Assembly: GCF_964355755.1 (NCBI RefSeq)
Contig: NC_092675.1
Span: 16,278,912-16,342,911 of the forward strand
Origin: Antedon mediterranea
Lineage: Eukaryota > Animalia > Echinodermata
Direction: 5' to 3'
DNA: 64,000 nt
Positions 40,973-56,500 of this stretch are shown here, in pieces. The translations under genes and the position numbers were made by a program. The notes beneath the pieces were generated by a model that was not told the origin of the DNA, searched no databases, and saw nothing but the letters and a program-made list of their open reading frames with translations. Numbering within the stretch: position 1 is the first letter of the stretch; every line of letters begins with the position of its first letter.

Positions 40973-43900
40973 TAATTCTCACAGATACCTATTATTCTTT
41001 ATTCCATCATGGAGTAACAATTCAGATGGGTTGGGTTTCGAAATGAAATGTACCGCAGAACTGGCATAACATATACTGTAGGCTGAGCCAGTTATGTGGG
41101 ACATGGTACACTGATTATGAACATAATATATATAACAGTATATGATGCTTATAATATTTAGCAGTGAAATTATAATATTTTGAAATGTCTTTGGTTTGGT
41201 TACCATTCAATATTGTTATTTCTTACTGTTAAGATACTAAATTTAACTGTATCAATAACAATAACAACCTCAACACAGTTTTGCTCAGCTTGTCACTTCA
41301 AGATGAGTAGATTCTTTGCTTATAACTGGCCCTTTGTAAAAGCAATTACATCCTGCTACACCTTAAAATATATCCCTCTAAATACTGATAAAATGTGTGG
41401 TACTTTTTGGCAGGTGGCCATTATAGTTTATCCGTCACAGGATGTATTTTTTCTTTTAACATTCAGTAAACTCACTTATAATCCCTAGAAGAGGAATAAC
41501 TTCCTCTGATTTTTCCCAGCAGATCAATTGAGGGTGAATCAAAGGTTATTGCTTTATTTTATATAAAAAGATGAAAATGATGCATCAAAATGTGTACATT
41601 TGATGACTAATGTGTTAAAATTTAGGAACACTATCTGGGATCCCTTGAGTCCCTGTGAATAGAATAGTAAAATTTCACTCTTTCCTCCTGTGACATATTC
41701 AAATTTATAAAAACATTTACAAATTAAAAAAAAAAGAAGTAAATATTGTCACAGTACATATCAATGTACAAATACAATTTGTCATTTTCTTAATATTCAA
41801 AGTAATTTATGATTGCAGTTAGCAAAGTACATACATAGAAAAAGGCAACAACCGGGCCGAAAAAAAACCTCCAGCTTATTTATCAACATGAGAGGTCAAC
41901 TTATTTGACCTACAATGAGTGCGTGCTTTAATAGTGGCTCGATCATCTCCATGTACAGGACATGACATTCCTTTGTTTGATTTAAGTAGAATGTAAGCAG
42001 AAATCGGATCAAAGATAAAAGATTGGGGAAAAAATTGCATGATTGTTGTTATTGTCTAAGAAAAGATAATAAACTATGAAATATAGAAACAATTTCCAAT
42101 GGTAGATAATGCATTTTTCAAAGTACACAATTCGTAACAAAATTCGTTATTTTCGTTCCTTATTTTGCATTGCAATCCGTAATGTCAGACACTTGTTAAC
42201 CACAGCAGATTGTAAATAGTACAATATTGATTTCAGTCGAACACTGAAATAAAATACACAAACTAGGCCTACAATACAAAAGGCTGGTTGACATTGCAAT
42301 TTAAAAGGAAATATTCAACACGGATTTCGTCACCATCACGCCACGAAGAACCGTCACGTGAACGAGAATACGTGGTTGAATGCATTCATAGGAACTTACG
42401 TTTGTACACTGGAGAGGATGCTTCTGGAACTTAATAACACAGACGATCCGATTATATTTTAAAGGGAAATATATTTAATTGATTAGCTACAGTCTTGTTA
42501 AGAATTAAAAATACTAACCAAATATAAAGATAATATCAAATCAAATGGTAGATTTATGTATCTAGTCTACTGTGTGATATACAATACCTAAGAAATATGT
42601 AGAAAATATAGTTTTACGTGGAATTGTGTATTGTTATTGTACCTATAGCATAATGGAATAGTCTATCTGGATGACGTGGATATGATGACGTGACGATAAA
42701 CATACATAATCAAATTAGCTATTTTGACCTTTGGGGGGTTTTTTTACTCAATAAAAACAGTGTTACATCAGGCTTGTTTTTCCACTCTACATTGATTTTG
42801 CAATGCGAAAACACCATTTAGTTTCTCTCAACCGCAGTCATGGATACCAAATGTCAGGCCTAAGAGACATGAAGAGATTTAGTTGTACTACTAAACCCAC
42901 ACTTGAGGAAAGCGGATTGCTAGTGTTACTATTATTTGAAGGTTGTGGATGAGTTTTGAGAGATTTTTAGAGAAATTCTTGCCAGAGGAATCTGTCGATA
43001 TTTTTGTAAGTAGGCCTAGCCTATAGGCCTAGAGTAGTAGGCTAGCATAACCATAGCCTCTAGGGCTTAAGGCCTAGTCGCCATTTTAAAATGTGTACTA
43101 TTCTCATTATATCTATCATCTCTAGGCTAGGCTATTATGCTTAATAGCACTGGCAGAGATGTGTTATCGAAATTTGGTGTATTATATTTAAATATTTCAT
43201 TAGGGCTAGCTAGGCTACCTATACTGTGTTTATTTTTGACGAACACCACCAGTCTTTCAAGTTACTGGTAGTGGTACTGCCAGACCTAGCTTTCGGTAAC
43301 GATGTCCGCATGACCGGAAATCGCACTTTCAACTTATTTTTATAGACCTAACCATACATGTTACGTAACCTGCTTTTCACAATGTATATGTACATCGTGT
43401 CTATTTATTCGTTTCTGTAAACGACAATGTCCTGCATTTGAAATTGCCAGTTTTTTTAGTTTTTACACTGAATTGTTGAATTACTGTGTATTCGAGAACC
43501 ATATATGGACACGACCTAGCTAGTATTAAACATAATCATACTTCATGTTATAAATTTTTACTATAATAATTCTGTAAATTGTTTCATTGAATAAAATATT
43601 AAGTGGAATTTACTTTCGCATTGTTTGGAAATTTCCACAACATAAATAAATATTTATAGTAAGTCTTCTATAAATAGAAACTCTAATATAAATAGAAACT
43701 AACAATGTTAAAAAACTCAATCATGACATAAAATTAGGGAAATAACCTTCTATTAATAGAATATTGCTCATGGTACTTTGTATGGTGTGTTTATGTGGGT
43801 GGAGACATTTTTCCTGTGCCAATAATGAAACAAACATTTGTTTTATGCGGATCTTCTTATGATGTAATCTAGGAGATGATATTTGTCCATCCTTGTGCTA

Positions 43901-44639
43901 CATTTTCTTGTTATATTTATGATTCAAATTAAATAACAACCCTTTGAAAATAATTAAGAGATTGGTCAAAGAGATGTCTTCAAAATTGAGAGTTTTCATC
44001 CTCATTTAATAAAAAAAATATATATTTTCCCCCAAATTCATGAAAAATTAAGATTAATAAAAATAGACTTTGAATATAATATCATACCATTGACTTCTGG
44101 TCTGTCAATTTTACTCCTTTTATTTTTTTTTTTGCTTTAAATTAGTTTTTCTGGGGACAATATATCTTAAATAAATCTTCACATTAATATTTTTTGTTTG
44201 TTATTGATGTGTGTATTTTTAAAACTTATTTTTGGCTTAATTCTTGTGGTAATTATTATGGTATACTACTGATAGTTACTAATATATTAGGAATGAGTCA
44301 AAACAATATTTTTTCATGCTATAATAAATAATTCTATTGGATATTTATTCAATTTAAGAACTATAATAATTACAGTATTTTAAAATGATTATACTAATTA
44401 TACAAAGATATCATTTAAAAACAATATTTGAATTACAGAACCACATTACTGTATTTACAAACTATAAATACAAAAGACATAACAAATATACTGAAGCCTG
44501 TGCCCATTTTTGTGAATTTATTTCAACTTTTATTTAGGGGCAGTACTTTATTATACAAAATGTTAAATTGGGCTTTAAAATCAATGACTATTAACTGGTC
44601 ATCAACCCCTTCAGTATACTGTATCACTTGTTGGCGACT

Positions 44640-44979
44640 CATTGATTATGCAGAGTTGATTGGTCACATGTTTCCATTTAGACCAATCAGTATATTGTTG
44701 TTTAACCTCACTGTGATTGGCTGGTGCTTCTATTGTGTTGTGGCAAGTCGTTCAGCTGTGCCTTGTTATTATTCTTATCTATTGTGTGATTTATCATTGT
44801 GATGAGGTCTGCAAAAATAAGAATGGCCTGTTTCTATTCGTAGCTCAAATGCAATCCAGCCTCCATCCGGCGGCGGAGAGGAGGGTTACCCTCTCATGTT
44901 TTATTTTCCGCTTTTTGTGCAATATTTTTTAGTTTATTGTAGATGCATTTCTTAAATGTGCATTATTAGGGTGCAAAGA
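44640..44979 (+). promoter_or_regulatory. Putative proximal MKNK promoter and first exon
   Basis: Three CCAAT boxes (GATTGG about 44658, CCAATC about 44683, GATTGG about 44715), a CpG-containing segment, and donor GTGAGT at 44980, upstream of acceptors at 45079 and 45104. Confidence 0.5.
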
Positions 44980-45082
44980 GTGAGTAACTTTTTGAACCTG
45001 TTTTTGATTATTTAATTTCTTATGTTAATTGTTGTAATTTTTATTTTATTTAAGTGTTCTGTTCTGTTATGTCTTTCAGGAT

Positions 45083-48484
<3,402 letters not shown>

Positions 48485-50132
48485 CAAGAAATGTTAGTGT
48501 TGTCAGCATTTTTCCATTTGGAGTACTTAACATGTAGAAGAAAACTTTACACAATTAATGAATCTTGTCAATTTTATTTCCTGTGGAAAAAAAATATATA
48601 TTTTGAAGTTTACATGTTTGTTTTAATTTGTTTAAAAACTGCCTGTAACATTCCCCTATTATTAACTCTTTATATAGCACAACATTTATTTGTTTTAAAT
48701 ACTAACATGATAAAAATAATCATTTTTGACTACTTTCTAGTTTTAAACCATTTTCAAAGCACTTCCCAACCATTTTTTGGCATATTTTATACATTCAACG
48801 CATGAATAGTCCATTGTCGCTACCAAAATACGTAAGGCCAAGGCTGTACTTTTTTCTGACAATTTCCTTTTATTTAATTTCTAAAGATTTTTTTAACTTG
48901 GATAGGATTCAATTTGGAAATTTTTATTTTCTTTGTTTGATAAAAATTATGTTACTATTAAAATTGTATATAATATGACATTAATTTGTAAATATTAAAC
49001 TTGTGTAGTTTTAAATATTTTGAAATGAGTAGTTAAAGGGCGGTAGTATCTTTTGTAAGGATAGCAAGATTGTGTGTTGATTTCAAAAGGTTTTAAAGAA
49101 TCAAGTTCAAAGGGACAATTTTGTTTGAAAAGAAATTACGTAGATTAATGTTCTTGCCATTCTTGCACGTCTTCCTGGTATAGAAGGAACAAGTTTGTAT
49201 ACAGTTGTTTAAATACGTTTATAAATTTTTAATTACCATATCAGAAAGTGCTCTCATAGGTCAGTAAAATCGTTAATGCGCTAGGTAAATTCAACTTGCT
49301 AATTTGAGTAAGAGCTCATCGTGCATTTGATTTTATTATTTTTATATACCATAATCTATATCATGCAAAAATTAATTTTATTAAGATTAATACAATTAAA
49401 TTAATTTCTTAGTTTTATAATAGTAATAATTTGAAACTTAATTTGTACTTTAGTAAACTGACAGTATTATGTAGCTAGTTTTAATTAGTTAAAAGGCAAT
49501 TTAATATCTTGCTGTTAAACACGGGTTAGCTAATATCTCAAATTTACTTGTATTGGAATGTAATCATTTATTGAGGGCAGGCTCAAAGGACACATACACT
49601 GCCTCCCCTTCTGTTTTGAAAGGTTGCTAAGGATGAAATAATGCGAGCACATGCTTATAACTTCACTGGTTGTACTCCATTGATAGTCATTTTTAATCCT
49701 TATTCTAAAAAATAAGGGTTTTAATACTACCTTAACCTCAGGAATTCATTATTAGGCACTCGGCATTGCTCCGTTTTTAGCAGACTTAGTGAATGCAATA
49801 CACACACCACTTGGGTATAGATATGATTACTAATGTTTGAAAGGTTATAAAAAATGGTGCGTACCGGTAAAATAGTTTTTTTTTTATTGATTTAGCTAAA
49901 AGTGAATTTATTTTAAGGCTGTGGTAATGCTATAAGTAGCTTTTGCTAAAACCTAAGTTTTCTTTTACCAGAAAAAAATGATTGGGAATGTTTATTGTTT
50001 GTTTTTTTAGTATATTGTCCCGCCCATATTACTGAGCACTACCAAGGCTTACAGTGCAATGTATGTAAATTGGCGTTTAATTGCATAGAAAGTATGAAGA
50101 GAAGTCTGAAATTGTATTTTAGTTGATGATTC

Positions 50133-50138
50133 AATAAA
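50133..50138 (+). terminator. Candidate MKNK polyadenylation signal
   Basis: AATAAA followed by GT/T-rich sequence. It is the last such signal before SPATA20. Confidence 0.45.
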
Positions 50139-50349
50139 ATATGAGATAAATTTATCTGGATATTTGTGTTCTTTTTGTTCCAATATAGAAACATAATAAT
50201 TTAGCAGCTTGTGAATATGCCAAACGAATGATATCGCCAGTAAAATTACAATTTATTTTAAAAGCATACTGTAACTCTTCCCTGATCTGATATCCAGCAT
50301 AAATCTGTTTTTTATGGCATGCTAGAGTGGTCAGTCGGTTTTTTTTGTT

Positions 50350-50405
50350 CTGAAATTGTGTTTGCCGCCCTCTATCAACATAGAGGGCGGCAAACAGAAT
50401 TTCAG
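50350..50405. other. Near-perfect 26-bp inverted repeat between the MKNK 3' end and the SPATA20 start
   Basis: CTGAAATTGTGTTTGCCGCCCTCTAT-CAAC-ATAGAGGGCGGCAAACAGAATTTCAG (1 mismatch). Confidence 0.9.
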
Positions 50406-50514
50406 TAGTTTAGTTTAAACATAACTAAATTAATTCTGGTTATCTTTTTTTATCAGTTAATCATATTTCTTAGGTCTATATATCAAAATATGATATGCGA
50501 GATACGGGCCACTA

Positions 50515-53500
50515 ATGTTTAAATGTATAAGCAGGCTGAGGCCAGCTTTGCTACCAACGTTTTATGCACCAAATAGACGTCATCTGCAGCTAGGCCTAGT
50601 GAGAAACATGGCTACTACTACTACTAGTACTACTACTGGAACTGCAAGTGGAAGTCAACCCAAATTCAAGAATAGTTTGTCTAAAGAAAAGTCACCTTAC
50701 CTGTTACAGCATGCAGCAAATCCTGTAAACTGGTAAATAAACCGGTTAGACACTCCAGATTGACATGCCATAACAAATAAAGTCTATCTATGATAAATTA
50801 TAATTTAATAACAATAAAAAATTGTAATTGTAATTGTCGTATTCGATTGGGAACTTTCGTTGTCAACGTAAAGATTCGTTGAGTACTTTTTGTATTCGAA
50901 TTGTAAATTTGTGCTCAACAGAAAGTCATTCGAATAGAAAACGTTGACAACGAAAGCTTTTTCGTTAAGAACAATCTCAACGCTCAAAATACTCCGTTAA
51001 AGAAGTACTCAACGGAAAAACTGTACTCAACGGTGAAAGTCTAAATCGAATACGACAATTGATTCAAATCCGCAATGTAAATTGGTTCGGGATTAGAAAA
51101 ACTCTCTGAAGAAAAATGTTTAAATTATTTTATTTAATTTAGAGATATTGTATAGTAAGTTACTATACAACGTTTCTATGTTCAAACCTTGTGGGTGAAA
51201 AAGTAATTATATTGTTGGTTCAAACTATGTGTCATTTTGTAGTAGTGAATCCTATTATTTTTTCAGGTATCCTTGGGGTGAAGAAGCATTTCAAAAAGCA
51301 AAGGAAGAAGATAAAATAATCTTTCTGTCTGGTTTGTAATAGCATCTTAATTCTCACTATATTTTTTATATCTGAATCGCAAATACTGTACTTTCACAAA
51401 TAACCCTCAACTTCCACCTTTTAATTATCAGAAATGATCTCCATCTCTACACTCTATTTTTGTACACTGCAACAAAACAACAAATTTCCCCACAATAAAT
51501 GCCAGTTTTATGACAATGTATTATTAGGAATTATTATCGCAATTTTTTTCAGTTGGCTACTCCACTTGTCACTGGTGCCATGTGATGGAAAGAGAATCAT
51601 TTGAAAATAAAGAAATTGGTGATCTATTAAACAAGCATTTTGTGAGCATCAAGGTAGACCGAGAAGAGCGACCAGATGTTGACAGAGTGTACATGACCTT
51701 TATACAGGTAATGCATAGATTGATCAGGGCTTTTTATATCAAAGATTTCTTTATTTTAAATGCTTAAGGTACAGTATATGGTTTAAAATGGCTTTTAAAC
51801 AGGGCTCTGACGATCCTAATTTCTTCCCTATTCAATAAATGCATTTTTAAACCAGAAATTAAAGAAAATCAGACATTGGCTGTAGTTGTAATTATTCATA
51901 AACCATTTCAGTTTGAATAAATACAAACCAATCATTCTGGTCTTAGTTCATGTGCAAGTTACCCTGGAAAATTGCTTATACAGTTAGTATTTTCCTCTTA
52001 CCCAAATTTTATCATTAGTTTTGTTAATTGTTTTCTCTAGGCCACAAGTGGTGGAGGTGGTTGGCCAATGAGTGTGTGGCTGACTCCTGATCTTAAACCA
52101 CTGATTGGTGGAACATATTTTGCACCAACAGATCGCTTTGGCAGACCAGGTTTCGCAACAATTTTACAGAGAATCGCCAGCCAATGGACAGACAAGAAAG
52201 ATGACATGAAGCAACGCAGTATGGCAATCATGGAGGCGCTTGTAAAAAACACAGCTGTAAAGCAGACAGAGTCAAAGGTTGTGATTGATCAGGAGGCTAT
52301 TAAGACGTGTTATAGACAAATGTCACGGGGGTATGACTCTCAGTATGGTGGATTTGGGGACGCACCAAAGTTTCCTCAACCAGGTAGATCATTTTAGTTT
52401 TTTAAATCTTTGAATACCAATTAGACAATACTGTACTATATAATAAAGAAAATGATTTTTTTTTCTCTTGTTAATAAATAGTGGCTCATTCATATTAAGG
52501 AAAAGTACCTTTTTAAATTTACCTATGCAATTCAATTTTATTTTAACAGTTAATTTCAACTTCATGTTTCGTTACCATGATTTAAAACTAACAACTAAAA
52601 GATCTCAGGCAATCAATCAAAGCTTGTCTGAAGGTGCGGCAGCTAGCTCTGCAGATGACGGTGATGAAAACCAAGCCCTTGCCATGTGTCTTCATACCTT
52701 AAAAACGATGGCAAAGGGAGGCATGAATGATCATCTGGGACTTGTAAGATACGCATATTTTTTAATATTATTCTGTAAGATTTCATTCATTGACAGTGAA
52801 GGTAATAGTATTAATAAATATCTATGGACATGTGGTGCAGTGTGTTGGACATTGGATTGCTGATTACTTCTATTTCACTACCAAAACTCTATTCCAGAAG
52901 GAGATGAATTTTTGTCAACTCTGTATCGATATTTTAAATTTCAGGGTTTTCATCGTTATTCTACTGACCGCTATTGGCATGTACCCCATTTTGAGAAGAT
53001 GCTGTATGACCAGGCACAGCTAGCTGTCTCCTACTTGGATGCCTATCAGTTATCTAAGGATGAAAGCTTAGCTGATGTAGCCAGAGATATCTTGAATTAT
53101 GTTGATCGAGATCTTCATGATCAGGTAAAGCGTAGACACTATTGGGGCTTGCAGGGCACTTTATTTATTTTATTTATTTATTCGACTTCTCACTAACTCA
53201 GTTAGTGAAAGATCTGGACCAACAGGTGGTAAACACCTCTAAAACGGTCCAGTCCCAATTTGCACAGTGGCTGTGTGTGACAGTGGCTGTGTTTATGTGG
53301 ACTAGTACACCGGGGTAACCCCCTACTCGTCTCGAAAGATGTACTAGGTTCTTTAAAGTGCACATGAGCTATGTGTACACTGGACCTCACTTTGGACTCA
53401 CTGGACCTCACATTGGACCTCACATTGGACTTCACTCTCAAATGAACTTAAACAGAAATCTTCCTTTTCTAGTTTTAAATCTAATTTCAAACACAAAATG

Positions 53501-56500
53501 GTGTCAGAATATGCTACATAAATTTTCGCCGATCTTTTATCCTTATTTATTTGGTGGTGATACATGGCATTAAATCCTTCACCCTGGTATTCAATAATCT
53601 CCGCTACATTGTATCGTTATACTTGTTATTATACCATATTTAATTATATTTCATATTGTACTCTAATTGTTATCATTATCCCTTTTATCATATATTATAT
53701 AATTGCCTGGTTTATCTTAACTCCTATAATTGGTTATCCGCACTTGGCGGATAACCTCTTGTTATTGTCAGGATCTTTTTTTTTTTTTTTTTTTTTTTCT
53801 TTATTCTTCTTTCTTTCCACGAATTTTGTACGCAGCGTATCTCTAATTCTGGCCAACATAAGATTGTATAACTTTGTCATAAGATTGCCCTGTAGCTGTA
53901 GATGTGCAAGAAACTTTTTTTTATGAATTTTGAGTTGCGCAGCGTAAGTTACGCGCGGTTTTATGAATTTCAATGATTGATCATAGATTAAAAACTAAAA
54001 TTCATTTTGTATTGAAACTTGGTGAACATTTAAGTTATATCAAGCGCAAACTTTCTATGGATTAAAAATGGCATGTTTTACAAAAAGTTACGCGCGCACG
54101 CGCGTTTAAAATTTCAAAATGCGAAAAATCAATATCTAATCAACTTTCTACGCGTTTCATGTCATTTTGAGCATTTCAAAAATTCCCACGCGTGCGCAAT
54201 TTTTTTACGCGCGCGTGCGCACGTAGCGCAAAAACATGTTTTTTTTGCTTGATTTTTGTTTTTTCAGCCTTCTCTAGTAATTTTACCAACTTTCAAACAA
54301 TTTCGACTTAAAATCACGTCATACGAGCACGTAAAATTGAACAATTTGTGCGCGTTTTTTAAAAAAAATTTCAAAAATGTGTCAAAATTATACCTTTTTT
54401 TGAACAGTCATAGATTCTAAACTACAAGGTGAATTTTATTTTTTTTTTACATATTCTGAAAGTAGATGAGTGGTAGATATAGAATCATGCATCGATTTGG
54501 CTAACCGGACATTGTAACGTCATCGTTTGGCCACTCGAATATGAAATATAGGATTTTTTTCTCTTTCGTCATAGCTCGTCACATTTAAAAGAGCGCATCT
54601 CCACTTATCCGTATTCCATTTCCCTCAATTTTTTTATTTTGTCTAGGTCAATCAATTATCTTTCGCATGATTTACCATTTTTAAAATTGTTATGACGTCA
54701 TCATGTTCAAAAACGTCAATAACTTTGGTCACTTCTTTTCACCTATTCCGCACTGTATGTAGTACGTATACAGTATATAGTGTATACCGTATACACTTAG
54801 ACGCGACGCAAAATAGAGGGCGCACTAACATTTTTTTCAATGGCATAATCGTTTTTCTGCGCGCAATATTCTAACGTATGACGTGCACGTGGCTTTTGCG
54901 CTGCGGATAACCTAACTCGTCCGTAGTGACGAGTTCAAATCTAGTTTAAATTTTTTTTATTTCTTTATTTTATGTACTTTCACTATTATATATTCATATT
55001 TTAGTCTACTCTGTAGCAATGTTAGTATACTTAGGCATACGGGAGTCACGACTTAAAGTTCAGTGAACTTACTGTGACTTCCATCCACCCACATTTAATA
55101 TATGTTATGTTATGTAAATGTAAATGATATATATATATATAAGTGAGTGGAAAAAATAAATAAACGAAACGAAACGAAACCTACGGTTTATAGTCCTTAT
55201 CCGAGAAGACTCGTTCTACCACCAGAACCATGGAGCGAGTGAGCCTCGAACCCTTGCCGATGTTATGGCTATGTAATTACGGTTCCACTGTCTTAACCGC
55301 TCGGCCACTCACTCACTTTCATTGCAGTGTGTAATTTAAAGATGATAGTGTAGACTGACGTTGACAGAAAAACATGCTTTAAGGGTTAGGTTACTACAAG
55401 ATACATGTGACTCACATGTGATGTTGTATTATATCAAATATTCCTATGAAACTTTGGAAATAGATACAGTACCAAGAATCGGCTGGATTAATTACCCATA
55501 TTCCTCCACTATTTTAATAGCACTCTACTAAAGGTTCACTGTGTAGAATCTATGGGGCTCCTAAAACAGTATTGGGTGATAAGGTGCTGGAGTATGTTGA
55601 TCATTATTTTACGTACTTAGGCCATATTTTAACTTCGAATCTAAGAGATGAGGCAGATATAAAACGCCAATATAGATCTAGAGGTAATGTTTTATGTAGG
55701 AAATTTTCATACTGCTCCAAATCAATCAAATGTTTTTTGTTTAGATCATATTGTAATTTGTATTAACATGTACTGTTCTCCTTTATGGTCTAATCATTTT
55801 TTTTTAAATATCAACCGACTTAAAGTTTGTTATAATGATTCTTTACAAGAATAATGAAAAGCGAAAACAGAATGTTAATTTGTATATATAAATATTTGTT
55901 AATTGATTCAAACATGTACTACAAATGGAATGAGGCATTATATACCAATAGATAAAAGTTTTGGTCCTCTCTCCTTCATCTTTTTTTTGTGTAATGTATT
56001 ATACCATATGGACAATTGTCTGAAATTTAAGTTGAATTGAATTGAATTGAATTTGCCAGTTAAAATGTTAAAATACTACTATACTTGATCTGGTTTGGTA
56101 CTGTACTCAATATAAGGAAACAATGTTGGTATTTATTTTTCTATAGGCTGGCGGTTTTTACAGTGCTGAGGATGCCGATTCCTTTCCATCACATGACTCC
56201 AAAGACAAAAAAGAGGGCGCATTCTGTGTCTGGGAGGAGTCGGAATTAAACAGCCTTCTGTCGAGTGACACCCTAGCATCCAAGCCATCGATTACCCTTG
56301 CTGATATTTTTAACCATCATTACGGGGTGAATAAAGATGGAAATGTTGATTTTGACCAGGTAGACCACCAAAGTTTGAGTAAAATGATCTTTTAATCATG
56401 GGCCAAGTAATGCTACATACAAACTAAACCCAAATTGAGGTCCTGTGGCCTGATAAAAAAATGGTGAAAATATGTGCAGTGTTTAAAAATTGAACTCTTG

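Noticed and set aside
39500-42200. Short ORFs in the region between GCDH and MKNK (for example 40495-40740, 40662-40850, 41180-41488)
   Set aside because: No recognisable motifs and no consistent splice-phase chain. Treated as non-coding intronic or intergenic sequence.
51267-51274. GTATCCTT, the U12-type donor consensus
   Set aside because: It lies at the start of SPATA20 exon 2 and encodes conserved W-Y-P-W, so it is coincidental. All introns resolved here are ordinary GT-AG.
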